Part shown: piece after piece, positions 37,653 through 48,844 of the stretch
Numbering within the stretch: the first letter of the stretch is position 1
How the letters are laid out: the number at the start of each line of letters is the position of its first letter
Assembly: GCA_049472335.1 (NCBI GenBank)
Contig: JBLIRO010000036.1
Span: 1-51,684, forward strand
Length of the DNA: 51,684 nt
Source: a bacterium
GTDB taxonomy: Bacteria > SZUA-182 > DTGQ01 > JAFGSM01
Reading direction: 5' to 3'
Notes under the pieces: generated by a model
What the model was told of the DNA's origin: nothing
Seen by the model: the letters and a program-made list of their open reading frames with translations, nothing else
The model's database searches: none
Made by a program: the position numbers and the translations under genes

Positions 37653-38954
37653 ATGATCTGGGATGAGGAATTCGAAACCCTGCCGCAGGAAGCAATGCAG
37701 GCTGTTCAACTGAAACGTCTCCAGCAGGTTGTCCAGAGGGTCTATAATACTGTTCCTTTCTATAAGAGGGTTTTTGACCAGGCAGGGGTGAAGCCGAATG
37801 ATATAAAGTCCATGAAGGATTTGTCAAAACTTCCTTTTACTATAAAAGATGATCTAAGGGAAAACTATCCGTTCGGCATGTTTTCCGTACCCATGAGCGA
37901 GGTAGTCAGGATTCACGCCTCATCTGGAACAACCGGAAAACCCACTGTAGTGGGGTATACAAAAAGGGATATAAACACTTGGGCTGAATTGATGGCAAGG
38001 ACACTTTCCTGCGGGGGTGTAACAAAGGGGGACATCGTACAAAATGCTTATGGATATGGGCTTTTCACCGGAGGTCTCGGCGCGCATTATGGAGCTGAGC
38101 GGATTGGGGCTTCGGTTATTCCCATGTCAGGGGGCAATACAAAAAAACAGATCATGATCATGCAGGACTTTGGCTCCACGGTTCTGACCTCCACTCCGTC
38201 TTACGCCCTTTTTCTGGCTGAGACCGCAGAGGAGATGGGTGTCGATTTTAAAGCCCTCAAGTTGAGGGTGGGAATATTCGGAGCAGAGCCATGGTCTGAT
38301 AATATGAGAAAAGAGATAGAAGGGAAACTGAACATAAGCGCCATCGATATATACGGATTAAGCGAGGTGATAGGTCCGGGTGTGGCATCTGAGTGTGAAG
38401 AGGCAAAATCCGGGCTCCATGTCTTTGCAGACCATTTTATACCGGAGATCATAAACCCTCAAACGGGAGAGGTGCTCCCATACGGGGTAAAAGGAGAACT
38501 GGTATTTACCTGTATCACCAAGGAGGCATTCCCGCTTATCCGTTATCGCACAAGGGACATAAGCGCACTTCATCCTGAGCCCTGCCGGTGCGGCAGGACG
38601 CTTGTTCGTATGGACAGGGTAAGCGGCCGCTCGGACGATATGCTTATTATCAGAGGAGTTAATGTATTCCCATCCCAAATCGAAAGTGTCATAATGGATA
38701 TAGAGGGTTTAGAACCCCACTATATGATTATTGTGGACCGGGAAGGCTCATTGGATACCCTTGAGGTCCAGATAGAGGTCAATGAAAAGCTCTTTTCCGA
38801 TGAAATAAAGACCTTGGAGGCCATGGAGAAAAGGATTGCAAAGGACATTAAGGAAATGCTGGGCGTAACGGCCAAGGTAAAGCTTGTCGAACCCAAGAGC
38901 ATTGAAAGGAGCATGGGCAAAGCAAAAAGGGTTATTGATAAAAGGAAGATTTGA
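37653..38954 (+). CDS. paaK: Phenylacetate-CoA ligase family protein
   Basis: [53 protein letters not shown]. Confidence 0.95.
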   Translation: MIWDEEFETLPQEAMQAVQLKRLQQVVQRVYNTVPFYKRVFDQAGVKPNDIKSMKDLSKLPFTIKDDLRENYPFGMFSVPMSEVVRIHASSGTTGKPTVVGYTKRDINTWAELMARTLSCGGVTKGDIVQNAYGYGLFTGGLGAHYGAERIGASVIPMSGGNTKKQIMIMQDFGSTVLTSTPSYALFLAETAEEMGVDFKALKLRVGIFGAEPWSDNMRKEIEGKLNISAIDIYGLSEVIGPGVASECEEAKSGLHVFADHFIPEIINPQTGEVLPYGVKGELVFTCITKEAFPLIRYRTRDISALHPEPCRCGRTLVRMDRVSGRSDDMLIIRGVNVFPSQIESVIMDIEGLEPHYMIIVDREGSLDTLEVQIEVNEKLFSDEIKTLEAMEKRIAKDIKEMLGVTAKVKLVEPKSIERSMGKAKRVIDKRKI

Positions 38955-39033
38955 GGGAATCTTTTTACGGAGCTATAATCTTCATTATATTGATTCTTTT
39001 TTTATATTAAATCATTAAATGAAAGGTGGAAAA

Positions 39034-39471
39034 ATGAAAGTTCAACAAATCTCCATCTTTTTGGAAAACAAATCAGGCAGATTATCCGAGGTCACCCGCA
39101 TCCTTGGAAATAACGGTATAAACATCCGGGCGCTCTCTCTTGCAGATACAACGGATTTTGGAATTCTCAGGCTCATAGTAAATGACGCGGATAAGGCCAA
39201 CAGGGTGCTCAAGGAAAACGGCTTCACGGTGGGAAAGACCGATGTCATTGCTGTAGAGGTAAAAGACAAACCCGGCGGGCTTGCCAAAATACTTGAAATC
39301 CTCAACAGGGAAAATATCAATGTGGAATATATGTATGCTTTTGTGGAGCGGAGCCGGGACAATGCGGTTATTATCTTCCGTTTCGATGATCAATTTATAG
39401 ACAGGGCTATCACCCTTCTGAAGGATGCGGGCATCACTGTTCTGGAAAACGAGAAGGTTTACAACCTCTAG
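39034..39471 (+). CDS. Tandem ACT domain protein
   Basis: [28 protein letters not shown]; typical paaK neighbour. Confidence 0.92.
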   Translation: MKVQQISIFLENKSGRLSEVTRILGNNGINIRALSLADTTDFGILRLIVNDADKANRVLKENGFTVGKTDVIAVEVKDKPGGLAKILEILNRENINVEYMYAFVERSRDNAVIIFRFDDQFIDRAITLLKDAGITVLENEKVYNL

Positions 39472-39523
39472 CATTAATTAATCCAAACATTTTAACCCAC
39501 AGCAAAGGAGGAAAGGGGGAGAA

Positions 39524-40681
39524 ATGGTAAACAGGAAGACCGTTTTATTTATAGTTTTTTTGGTTATCCTTTGTTTTGGAATCTGCCGGGTCAGCAATGC
39601 AGCCAGGGAGCCTTACAAAATCGGCGCTATCTTTTCCATTACAGGGCCCGCGTCATGGCTTGGGGAGCCAGAGCGGAATACGGCTAAAATGATCGCCGAT
39701 AAAGTGAACGCTGAGGGGGGAATCAACGGACATCCTATCGAACTGATCATTTATGATACAGAGGGAGATGAGACAAAGTCAGTCCTGAACGCAAAGAAAC
39801 TCATAGAAAAAGACAAAGTGCTCGCGATTATCGGACCTTCCCGTAGTGGTTCCAGTCTTGCAATAATACCAACTATTGAAGAAGCGAAGGTCCCCAATAT
39901 CTCCTGCGCGGCCTCAGCCCAGATCGTTCAGCCTGTGGAGGAGAGGAAATGGGTATTCAAGACCCCTCAATCCGATATTCTTTGCGCTGAAGCCATGTTT
40001 GATTACATGCTGAAAAGGGGTATTACAAAGATCGCCATTATTACCGTGTCCAGCGGTTTTGGAGACAGCGGGAAACAAGCCCTTCTGGACGCTGCTGTAA
40101 ACAAGGAGATACAGATCGTTGCCAAGGAGAGCTACAGCGGCAAGGATACGGATATGACAGCGCAGTTGACCAAGATCAAAGGGACGGACGCGCAAGCCAT
40201 AGTCAACTGGTCTATCGGCCCCACCCAGGTTATCGTTACAAAGAATGTTCATCAATTGGGCATCAAGATCCCTCTTTTTCAGAGCCATGGTTTCGGGAGC
40301 ACCAAAAACATAGAGCAGGCAGGCGAGGCAGCGGAAGGTGTACTTGCCCCTATCGGAAGACTCCTGGTTGCTGATCAATTGGCGGATTACCATTATCAGA
40401 AAGCGCTTCTCATGAATTACAAAAAAGAATATGAATCCAAATTTGGAGGAGAGGTAAGCACCTTTGGCGGACATGCCTATGACGCCATGTATATGTTGAT
40501 AAACGCCCTGAAGGAAGTGGGACCAGACAGGGCCAAGATCAGGGATTACATAGAAAATATGAGAGGTTTTATCGGCACGGCGGGGTTGTTTAATTTTTCA
40601 CCACTCGATCATAATGGTTTAACCTCAGAAGCCTTTGAGGTACTTACAGTCAAAAATGGTAAATTTGTGATTGCTGATTAG
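39524..40681 (+). CDS. Branched-chain amino acid-type ABC transporter substrate-binding protein
   Basis: Signal peptide; KIGAIFSITGPAS.LG, GGINGHPIEL, AYDA. Confidence 0.92.
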   Translation: MVNRKTVLFIVFLVILCFGICRVSNAAREPYKIGAIFSITGPASWLGEPERNTAKMIADKVNAEGGINGHPIELIIYDTEGDETKSVLNAKKLIEKDKVLAIIGPSRSGSSLAIIPTIEEAKVPNISCAASAQIVQPVEERKWVFKTPQSDILCAEAMFDYMLKRGITKIAIITVSSGFGDSGKQALLDAAVNKEIQIVAKESYSGKDTDMTAQLTKIKGTDAQAIVNWSIGPTQVIVTKNVHQLGIKIPLFQSHGFGSTKNIEQAGEAAEGVLAPIGRLLVADQLADYHYQKALLMNYKKEYESKFGGEVSTFGGHAYDAMYMLINALKEVGPDRAKIRDYIENMRGFIGTAGLFNFSPLDHNGLTSEAFEVLTVKNGKFVIAD

Positions 40682-40695
40682 GATTTTTCTATCAA

Positions 40696-41574
40696 TTGCC
40701 TCTCATTACTCAGATACTTCAGTTTTGTTTTACCGGGCTGACCATCGGGAGCATCTTCGCGATGGTCGGCCTCGGTTTTAATATCATTTATAACGCCACA
40801 GATATCATCAACTTTGCCCAAGGGGAGTTTGTTATGATCGGGGGGATGATAATGATCTCCCTGACCAAAGGGCTGAGAATTCCCATGATCCCGGCATTTT
40901 TCTTTACCATCATAATTGTAGCGATAATCGGGATACTTCTGGAGAGGCTGGCCATAAATCCCCTGACAAACCCTTCCATAATCACGTTGATCATTATCAC
41001 AATAGGTGCATCCATTGTGTTTAAAGGTCTGGCAATGCTTGTATGGGGAAAGGACACCTTTATTTTGCCTGCCTTTACAGGGGAAAAACCAATCATTGTC
41101 GGAGGTGCGGTAATTATTCCCCAATCTTTGTGGGTCCTGGGTATAACTCTACTTGTGGTCATAGGCCTGGCAATATTCTTCGAAAAGACCCTTATGGGCA
41201 AAGCTATGAGGGCTTGCGCCACAAACCGGAAGGCTGCCGGCCTCATGGGAATTAATGTCAAGCATATGGTGATGTTATCCTTTGCTCTAAGCGCTGCCAT
41301 AGGCGCAGTAGCAGGAGTCATTATAACACCTATCTCATTAATGGATTATCAACGCGGGACTATGCTGGGAATCAAGGGTTTTGCCGCCGCGATTTTGGGA
41401 GGGCTGGGAAGCGGGGCCGGGGCCGTGATAGCCGGTTTCCTGATCGGTGTCATGGAGTCCATGGGAGCCGGATTCATTTCATCAGGATACAAAGACGCCA
41501 TAGCACTTGTCGTGCTCCTGTTGGTGCTGTTTTTTAAACCGACAGGCATTATGGGTCGCTCTGAGCTAAGATAA
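40696..41574 (+). CDS. livH: ABC transporter permease, LivH-like
   Basis: INFAQGEF.MIG, GKAMRA, AAILGGLG. Confidence 0.9.
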   Translation: MPLITQILQFCFTGLTIGSIFAMVGLGFNIIYNATDIINFAQGEFVMIGGMIMISLTKGLRIPMIPAFFFTIIIVAIIGILLERLAINPLTNPSIITLIIITIGASIVFKGLAMLVWGKDTFILPAFTGEKPIIVGGAVIIPQSLWVLGITLLVVIGLAIFFEKTLMGKAMRACATNRKAAGLMGINVKHMVMLSFALSAAIGAVAGVIITPISLMDYQRGTMLGIKGFAAAILGGLGSGAGAVIAGFLIGVMESMGAGFISSGYKDAIALVVLLLVLFFKPTGIMGRSELR

Positions 41575-41582
41575 AAGATCCA

Positions 41583-42563
41583 ATGAACAAAAAAAATATA
41601 TCTATATTTATATTCGTTCTGATCTCACTGATCCTCTTTCCAATACTGGTCCGCAACAAATATTACATCAGCGTAATGGTGGTGGTGGGTTTCAATACCC
41701 TCATAGTTATAGGTCTTTGTATGCTGATGGGTTATGCGGGACAGATATCCTTAGGGCATGCCGCCTTTTATGGTCTCGGAGCGTATTCAACGGGTGTTCT
41801 TTGTACGAAATTCCATTTCAATCCCTGGCTCGCATTACTATGCGGCATTATGTTTACTGGGCTAATCGCCTATTTGATAGGCGTTCCGTCCCTCAAGCTG
41901 AAAGGACATTATCTGGCCATGGCCACCCTGGGATTCGGGGAGATCGTATTTATTGTGTTCAATGAGCTTTCGTATCTTACTGGCGGACCTTCCGGGATGA
42001 CAAGCATCCCCAGGCTTTCTGTCTTCGGCTTTATGCTGAACACCGATTTGCGTTTTTATTGCTTTATATGGACAATCATTCTGATAATCATAATACTTTC
42101 TATAAATATCGTTAATTCCAGAGTAGGGAGGGCCTTGATGGCAATACACGGCAGTGAGAGCGCTGCGCTCGGGGTGGGAGTCAATGTCTCGAGCTTTAAG
42201 GTCCAGATATTTGTCCTGAGCGCTGTTTTCGCATCTGTTGCGGGAAGTCTTTACGCCCATTTTGTAACATTTATAAGTCCAAGCTCTTTCGGTTTCATAC
42301 AATCGATTATACTGGTTACCATGGCAGTAATTGGCGGAATGTCGGATATATGGGGCGCGTGCCTGGGAGCCTTTATCCTGACCATATTGCCGGAATATCT
42401 CCATGTATTTCATGATTACGAGATCCTCATCTTTGGCACGACCCTCATGATTATTATGGTACTAATGCCAAAAGGGCTGTTTGTGGGCTCCATTGAAGGA
42501 ATAAAATGGATAAAATGCAGGATTTTTAAGAGGGAAAATGAATCCGATACTGTCAGCGTTTAA
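41583..42563 (+). CDS. livM: ABC transporter permease, LivM-like
   Basis: GYAGQISLGHAAF.G.GAY, LKGHYLAMATLGFGEI. Confidence 0.9.
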   Translation: MNKKNISIFIFVLISLILFPILVRNKYYISVMVVVGFNTLIVIGLCMLMGYAGQISLGHAAFYGLGAYSTGVLCTKFHFNPWLALLCGIMFTGLIAYLIGVPSLKLKGHYLAMATLGFGEIVFIVFNELSYLTGGPSGMTSIPRLSVFGFMLNTDLRFYCFIWTIILIIIILSINIVNSRVGRALMAIHGSESAALGVGVNVSSFKVQIFVLSAVFASVAGSLYAHFVTFISPSSFGFIQSIILVTMAVIGGMSDIWGACLGAFILTILPEYLHVFHDYEILIFGTTLMIIMVLMPKGLFVGSIEGIKWIKCRIFKRENESDTVSV

Positions 42564-43302
42564 TATCAGAAAGGAATTTGGCGGCCTTGTGGCGGTTGAC
42601 AATGTGACCCTGGATATATACGAAGGGCGCATCCAGTCCCTTATAGGCCCCAATGGCGCTGGGAAAACAACCATCTTTAATCTTATTACGGGATTTTCCC
42701 CTTTAACCTCAGGAAAGATCCATTTTTGCAGCAAACGTATAGACGGAAAGAAGCCATATCGTCTGGTTTTTATGGGAATTGCCCGAACGTTTCAGAATGT
42801 ATTGCTATTTGGGAACATGACAGTCCTGGAAAATGTAATGGTGGGCCGTCATTGCAGATCAAGATGCTCGATGATCAGCTCCGCCCTCAGATTTCCCTGG
42901 GTATTTAAAGAAGAGAGGGAAATCAGGGATAACGCAATGGACCAGCTTAAGTTCGTGGGGCTTGAGAAAAGGGCAGGGGAACAAGCCGGAAGCCTTCCAT
43001 TCGGAGAACAGAGGGTCCTGGAGATAGCCCGGGCTTTGGCCACTGAACCAAAATTGATTCTGCTGGATGAACCTGCTGCCGGCCTTAATACCCATGAGAC
43101 AGAGAATCTTGCCGGACTTATTCAGCAGATAAAGGAGAAAGGTGTTACAGTGTTTCTTGTGGAGCATGATATGAGTCTTGTAATGGACATATCCGATCAT
43201 ATCATGGTTCTGAATTACGGGGAAAAGATTGCAGAGGGGACTCCCAGGGAGATCCAGAACGATCCTCTAGTTATCGGGGCGTACCTGGGTGAGGAGCTGT
43301 AG
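42538..43302 (+). CDS. livG: ABC transporter ATPase, LivG-like
   Basis: GPNGAGKTT, ARTFQ, LLDEPAAG, VEHDM. Confidence 0.92.
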   Translation: MNPILSAFNIRKEFGGLVAVDNVTLDIYEGRIQSLIGPNGAGKTTIFNLITGFSPLTSGKIHFCSKRIDGKKPYRLVFMGIARTFQNVLLFGNMTVLENVMVGRHCRSRCSMISSALRFPWVFKEEREIRDNAMDQLKFVGLEKRAGEQAGSLPFGEQRVLEIARALATEPKLILLDEPAAGLNTHETENLAGLIQQIKEKGVTVFLVEHDMSLVMDISDHIMVLNYGEKIAEGTPREIQNDPLVIGAYLGEEL

Positions 43303-43304
43303 GC

Positions 43305-44039
43305 ATGCTTAAGGTCGTGAGTGTCAGCTCATACTATGGGGCCATTCAGGCGCTGAAAGGGATCTCGATACATATTGAGGAAGGTGAGATAGTAACCCTT
43401 ATCGGAGCGAACGGAGCAGGCAAGACAACTACACTCAATACCATATCGGGCCTGTTGCATCCGAAGAAGGGACAAATATTCTTTCAGGACAGGGAAATTA
43501 CCCGTTATCCCCCTGAAAGGATCGTCAGGATGGGGATCTCCCAGGTCCCTGAGGGAAGACAGATCTTTGCGACCATGTCTGTCATGGATAATCTGCTCCT
43601 GGGTTCTTATCACCGCTATGGGAGAAAAACAAAAGGCCTGATATATAAGGATATAGAAGGGATATTCGAGCTTTTTCCGATCTTGAAGGAGAGGATTAAG
43701 CAAAAGGCCGGCACATTGAGTGGCGGTGAACAACAGATGCTGGCCATAGGTCGCGCGCTGATGTCGCGGCCCAAGATACTCCTGCTGGATGAACCTTCTA
43801 TGGGACTCGCCCCTTTGGTGATAAAGGAGATCTTCAGCAGGATTAAAGCATTGAGGGAGGAGGGCACAACCATTCTACTTGTTGAACAAAACGCGAAGGC
43901 AGCCCTGAATATTGCTGACCGAGGCTATGTAATGGAAACAGGTAAGATCGTTTTTCAGGAAACAACGGAACAATTAAAAGAAAATCGTGAGGTTCAAAGG
44001 GCCTATCTGGGAAAAGGCTATAAAGAGGTGTGGGAGTAA
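43305..44039 (+). CDS. livF: ABC transporter ATPase, LivF-like
   Basis: GANGAGKTT, LSGGEQQMLAIGRALM, DEPSMGLAP, VEQN. Confidence 0.92.
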   Translation: MLKVVSVSSYYGAIQALKGISIHIEEGEIVTLIGANGAGKTTTLNTISGLLHPKKGQIFFQDREITRYPPERIVRMGISQVPEGRQIFATMSVMDNLLLGSYHRYGRKTKGLIYKDIEGIFELFPILKERIKQKAGTLSGGEQQMLAIGRALMSRPKILLLDEPSMGLAPLVIKEIFSRIKALREEGTTILLVEQNAKAALNIADRGYVMETGKIVFQETTEQLKENREVQRAYLGKGYKEVWE

Positions 44040-44054
44040 TGGAGGGAAAAAGGA

Positions 44055-45386
44055 ATGAAGATCTGGGACCCCAAAAATGAGTGTATGCCCAGGGAGGATA
44101 TTGCTCAGCTTCAGCTAGAAAGGCTCCAATCCCTGGTAAATAGATGTTATAAAAATGTCGCCTTTTATCGCAAAAAATTCGATGAAAAGCAGATCGATCC
44201 GGAAGCTGTGCAATCCATGGATAACCTTAAACAGCTCCCGTTCACGACAAAAAACGATCTCAGGGACAGCTATCCCTATGGGATGTTTGCCGTTCCTCTG
44301 AGGGAAGTAGTAAGGATACATTCCTCATCAGGCACTACGGGAAAGGCCACTGTCGTGGGATATACCAGAAATGACATAAGACTTTGGAGCAATCTCGTCG
44401 CGAGATTTTTAACCGCAGGCGGTGTAACCAAAGATGACGTGATCCAGATCGCCTTCGGATACGGGCTGTTTACTGGAGGTTTCGGGCTTCATTACGGGGC
44501 CGAGAGAATAGGGGCCTCCGTCATCCCCGCATCGAGTGGCAATACAAAACGCCAGATCCAGATAATGAAGGACTTCAAGACAACGGCCCTTGTCTGCACA
44601 CCGTCCTATGCACTGTATATTGCTGAGGTTATGGATGAAATGGGTGTTGATCCCAAGCCCTTGTCCTTAAAACTGGGTCTTTTCGGATCAGAACCCTGGT
44701 CGGAGAGCATGAGACAGCAGATCGAGGAAAGGCTTTATATAAGCGCCACTGACAATTATGGCCTTAGCGAGGTTATAGGCCCCGGTGTCTCGGGAGAATG
44801 TGAGTATAAAAACGGTCTGCATATCTTTGAAGACCATTTTATCCCGGAGATTATAGATCCTACTACGGGCGAATCTTTACCCATTGGAGCCAGGGGTGAG
44901 CTTGTGCTCACGACCCTTACGAAAGAGGCCTTCCCTTTAATTCGCTACCGCACCGGGGATATCACGCAGTTTACCGATGAGCCGTGCGCCTGCGGCAGGA
45001 CTCTGATCCGTATGCGGAAGGTCTCCGGCAGGACAGACGATATGCTTATTATCAGGGGAGTAAATGTCTTCCCTTCACAGGTTGAAGAGGTCCTTATGGG
45101 GATCGAGGGTACGGAGCCTCATTACCAGATTATCGTGGACCGAAGAAACGCCATGGATGAACTGGAGATATGGGTGGAGGTTGAAGATAATATCTTCTTT
45201 GATGAGATGAAACGCCAGCAGGAGTTAATCGACCTTATTCACAGGGAAATATCTTCCGCCCTGGGGGTAAGCGCCAGGATAAAACTGGTCGAGCCGAAAA
45301 GCATCGAACGAACGACAGGAAAATCTAAAAGGGTGATTGACAAAAGACAGATATTTGATAATAAGCCAGAATCAAATAATAGATAA
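44055..45386 (+). CDS. paaK: Second phenylacetate-CoA ligase family protein
   Basis: [38 protein letters not shown]. Confidence 0.95.
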   Translation: MKIWDPKNECMPREDIAQLQLERLQSLVNRCYKNVAFYRKKFDEKQIDPEAVQSMDNLKQLPFTTKNDLRDSYPYGMFAVPLREVVRIHSSSGTTGKATVVGYTRNDIRLWSNLVARFLTAGGVTKDDVIQIAFGYGLFTGGFGLHYGAERIGASVIPASSGNTKRQIQIMKDFKTTALVCTPSYALYIAEVMDEMGVDPKPLSLKLGLFGSEPWSESMRQQIEERLYISATDNYGLSEVIGPGVSGECEYKNGLHIFEDHFIPEIIDPTTGESLPIGARGELVLTTLTKEAFPLIRYRTGDITQFTDEPCACGRTLIRMRKVSGRTDDMLIIRGVNVFPSQVEEVLMGIEGTEPHYQIIVDRRNAMDELEIWVEVEDNIFFDEMKRQQELIDLIHREISSALGVSARIKLVEPKSIERTTGKSKRVIDKRQIFDNKPESNNR

Positions 45387-45402
45387 TTTCTCTTATTTCG
45401 AA

Positions 45403-46347
45403 TCAAAACAGATAACTCAGGCTTAACTGGCCAAATGTCTCTACAATTTCCAATTCGTGAAAGGGAAAATCTTTTTCTGCCTTTCCATCTTTGTCAGGAT
45501 CATAAAGGAATGGTTTATCGGCGATCCGTGTCTTTTCCCATATATATCCTAAAGCAACAGAAAAAGAGTCCCAGTTTTTAACGATTTGTATGCCGGTTAC
45601 GATGGCGGAGCCTGATGTGTGTCCATTGACAGGATATATCTCATCACCTCCCCCTGAAAAATCATGATAATCGGCATTTGCTTTTACCGCAAGGAAGCTC
45701 CAGCCAACGACCAAGCTACATTCTGTCTCTAATTTGGGCAGCTCAATAAAAAATCCCATATGGGGTGTTATCCCGATAGTTGTGACAGCTTGATTGCCGG
45801 AAATATACTGAATGATGTTGGGATCTGTGACTATATTTTCGTTTAATCCCTTTCGTTCAAATTTAAAACGTTTGTACCCCAATCCGCCTCCGAAAAAAGG
45901 TTTGACACGAATCCTTTCTTTGCCTGAAGAATAGGTATATGGGGTAACAAACGCCTGTACATCGAAGGTTCCGCCATTTATCTCCAGTCGATTCTCATGA
46001 ATGGGACCCACTGTCCATTTCTCTGTTTCTTCTCCGGTTTCGAAAAAACCCCATTTGAATGAAACACGGAGGGGATATCCCTCTTTTTCAAGATCCATCC
46101 CCAAGCCAAAATGCCTTCTGCTGTTCTTCGAATCGGATTGAACCAGAGCATCCTTTGTTTTGATCTCAAAATCACCGAATCCTCCCTGTATATAAAGCAT
46201 CGTATCAGCATGAATAACTCTCGGGGACAAAAAAAAGAGGGATTGGAGAAAGATGATAGTAAGCAAAATAAGAAGGCCCGATATCTTGAATCCATATTTA
46301 CATCGGACAGCAAATATAATAGGTCGCAATATCATCCTTTTAATCAT
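45403..46347 (-). CDS. Probable outer-membrane beta-barrel protein
   Basis: Signal peptide ...IHA|D, alternating amphipathic strands, C-terminal LSYLF. Start uncertain. Confidence 0.65.
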   Translation of the reverse strand: MIKRMILRPIIFAVRCKYGFKISGLLILLTIIFLQSLFFLSPRVIHADTMLYIQGGFGDFEIKTKDALVQSDSKNSRRHFGLGMDLEKEGYPLRVSFKWGFFETGEETEKWTVGPIHENRLEINGGTFDVQAFVTPYTYSSGKERIRVKPFFGGGLGYKRFKFERKGLNENIVTDPNIIQYISGNQAVTTIGITPHMGFFIELPKLETECSLVVGWSFLAVKANADYHDFSGGGDEIYPVNGHTSGSAIVTGIQIVKNWDSFSVALGYIWEKTRIADKPFLYDPDKDGKAEKDFPFHELEIVETFGQLSLSYLF

Positions 46348-46668
46348 TATTTAGTTGATCACCTCGTATATGACTTTAGAAAATCAGCTAAGACACAAAC
46401 TATTATCATATTCACGGCTATTTATCAAGCAGGGATGAGGGTCTCTTTTGAAATATGGACTTGTTGGCAACAAAAAATCTTTGCCATCTGATGCAATTCT
46501 AGATATAATTAATCAGCAATTTTATATCAGTAATAATAAGCATGTTTAAGCAGTCTATAGTGTATGCATCAATGGCACATACATTTATCAAATGTATATT
46601 CGATTTCCGGTTAAAAAAAGGCATTATCCCCATGAAATGTTTTCGTTTAAATTTTTTCTAATATAAAC

Positions 46669-48117
46669 ATGAAATTAACCATCTTTTGGAGACTTATCAT
46701 AGGTTATCTTGTAATATTTATGCTGGCAATGGCAATGACCACCTATACCATTGTTCAGCTTCGTCAACTGGAAGATGCCACAAGATCCATCCTTATGATA
46801 GATAATCTTTTGATAAACTATGAGCAAAAGCTTTCTGACAGCCTAATGTCAATGATAAGATATGAAAAAAAATTTATTATAATCAGGGATAATGGTCTGT
46901 ATAACCATTTTCTACAGTCAAAAAGTGATTTTGAAAAAAATCTCGAGGAAATAATGTCCATAGGAGACATTCCTGATACCAAGGCGCAATTGAAAAAAGT
47001 GAAAGACTTTTATCAACACTATAAATCCTCTTTTGATGAAGAAGTGGTTTATGTGAACTCCGGGAAGGAATACCCCGCCAATAAATTCAGAAAGGAAAAA
47101 GAAGCCGCCGTCAATGGAATGATGGATGCCCTCAAGGAATTAAGAGGTTATTATCAACACAATACCTATGACAAGATCAAGAAATTAAACCTAGTCGAGG
47201 CCAAAGCGCGCAAGGTCGCTATACTCATTGCTTTTGGCTGCCTTGTCTTTGGAATAGTGATCTCTATCTATATTACTATAGGCATTACAAGGCCTCTTTC
47301 CATCATCAAGAAGAAAACGAGAGAGATCGCCAATGGAAATTTCAGGAGTGATCTTATAGTTTCCTCCCCTCCCGAAATCAGGGAATTAACGGAGGCCTTT
47401 AATTCAATGTGTTCCAAGCTGCAGGAAATAGACAAAATGAAGTCCGATTTTTTCTCATTAATGTCACATGAGTTACGAACCCCACTCACTACAATCAAAG
47501 AAAGCACAAACCTGTTTATTGAGGGATTAAATGGCGGAGAGACAATAGATAAGAAAAAAAGGCTTTTGGCAATCATTAACGAGGAATGTAATCGTTTGAT
47601 CAACCTGGTTAATTCATTATTAGACCTTTCAAAGATGGAAGCGGGAATGATAGAGTATAATTTTACCCAGGCGGATATTGTTTCTTTGATTAAAAAGGTT
47701 ACCCTAGAGATGGAGCCTCTGGCAAAAACAAAAAATATCAAGATACTCACAAAGACCAATAATCGGTTGCCTCCCGTTAAAGCGGATTGTGACAGACTAC
47801 TCCTGGCCATGAGAAATCTTATGGGCAACGCTTTGAAGTTTACGCCCAATGGGGGTAATGTGAGTATATCTGCCCAGCCGAATGAACATGGATTGATGGT
47901 TTCTGTTGCAGATACAGGAATTGGCATATCCGAAGAAAAGTTGTCCGTAATCTTTGATAAATATAAACAGGCTACCCTGGCCAGTCCCAATAAGATTGTA
48001 GGGAGTGGATTGGGTTTATTCATTGTAAAGGAAATTATAAACGCTCATGGAGGTGAGGTATGGGCAAAAAGTACTTTGGGAAAAGGCAGTACCTTTACCT
48101 TTGTTTTACCTTTCTGA
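46669..48117 (+). CDS. Sensor histidine kinase, GlrK/QseE-like
   Basis: 2 TM segments, HAMP with PPEIREL, MSHELRTPL, NALKFTP, GSGLGL; synteny with a lipoprotein and a GlrR-like regulator. Confidence 0.88.
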   Translation: MKLTIFWRLIIGYLVIFMLAMAMTTYTIVQLRQLEDATRSILMIDNLLINYEQKLSDSLMSMIRYEKKFIIIRDNGLYNHFLQSKSDFEKNLEEIMSIGDIPDTKAQLKKVKDFYQHYKSSFDEEVVYVNSGKEYPANKFRKEKEAAVNGMMDALKELRGYYQHNTYDKIKKLNLVEAKARKVAILIAFGCLVFGIVISIYITIGITRPLSIIKKKTREIANGNFRSDLIVSSPPEIRELTEAFNSMCSKLQEIDKMKSDFFSLMSHELRTPLTTIKESTNLFIEGLNGGETIDKKKRLLAIINEECNRLINLVNSLLDLSKMEAGMIEYNFTQADIVSLIKKVTLEMEPLAKTKNIKILTKTNNRLPPVKADCDRLLLAMRNLMGNALKFTPNGGNVSISAQPNEHGLMVSVADTGIGISEEKLSVIFDKYKQATLASPNKIVGSGLGLFIVKEIINAHGGEVWAKSTLGKGSTFTFVLPF

Positions 48118-48842
48118 TCTTTTTTTTGTTGGCTTGCGCAACCATAAAAAATGCTAGAAACAAGCACACCGTATACGAACGTCTCCAACATAGCCAGGCC
48201 CTTCTTACTAAAAGGGATTTCAAAAGCGCCCTGAAGGAGAACCTGGATATATTGTCCTCCTCTGATGGAGCCTCATACAAAGACAGTGTCCTGTTCAATA
48301 CAGGTCTTATTTATGCCCATTATGATAATCCTGAAAAGGACTATAATGAATCGAACAGATATTTTGAAAAAATCATTCATGAGTATCCTCAAAGCAGTTT
48401 AGCTGAACAGTCAAGGATATGGACAGGAGTGCTCAAAGAAATCAGTGAAAAGAAAATCAAGAATGAAGAAAAGACAAATGACCTGAAAATTGAAGAACCT
48501 TCAATAGCTGAAAAGCATCTTGACCGCGGCAGGGAACTCCTTGCACTTGGCGATTATAAAAAGGCTCTGGAGGAAAACAGGAAGGTATTGTCCCTGACGG
48601 ATGAAAAAAACATACTTAAAGACGATGCCCTCTTCAATATAGGCCTTATCTATGCTCACTATGGCAACCCTGAAAAGGATTATAAAATGTCTCGCATGTC
48701 CTTCAAGGATCTGATTAAAGATTATCCTCAAAGCCCTCTGATTTTGCAGGCAAAGATATGGCTGGGTGTATTAAATGTAATCGAGAGGGAAAAGCAGGTG
48801 GATATCGAGATTGAAAAGAAGAAAAAGGAGTTGATAAGATAA
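48060..48842 (+). CDS. TPR-like helical lipoprotein (QseG position) with internal duplication
   Basis: Lipobox LLA|C; two copies of LFN.GLIYAHY.NPEKDY...YPQS. Confidence 0.78.
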   Translation: MGKKYFGKRQYLYLCFTFLIFFLLACATIKNARNKHTVYERLQHSQALLTKRDFKSALKENLDILSSSDGASYKDSVLFNTGLIYAHYDNPEKDYNESNRYFEKIIHEYPQSSLAEQSRIWTGVLKEISEKKIKNEEKTNDLKIEEPSIAEKHLDRGRELLALGDYKKALEENRKVLSLTDEKNILKDDALFNIGLIYAHYGNPEKDYKMSRMSFKDLIKDYPQSPLILQAKIWLGVLNVIEREKQVDIEIEKKKKELIR

Positions 48843-48844
48843 CA

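Noticed and set aside
37653..45386. Duplicated paaK around a liv transporter as a novelty
   Set aside because: paaK-ACT-ABC arrangements with paralogous ligases are common in anaerobes.
46573..46588. Sigma54 promoter upstream of the GlrK-like kinase (TGGCAC...)
   Set aside because: It lacks the -12 GC at the required spacing.
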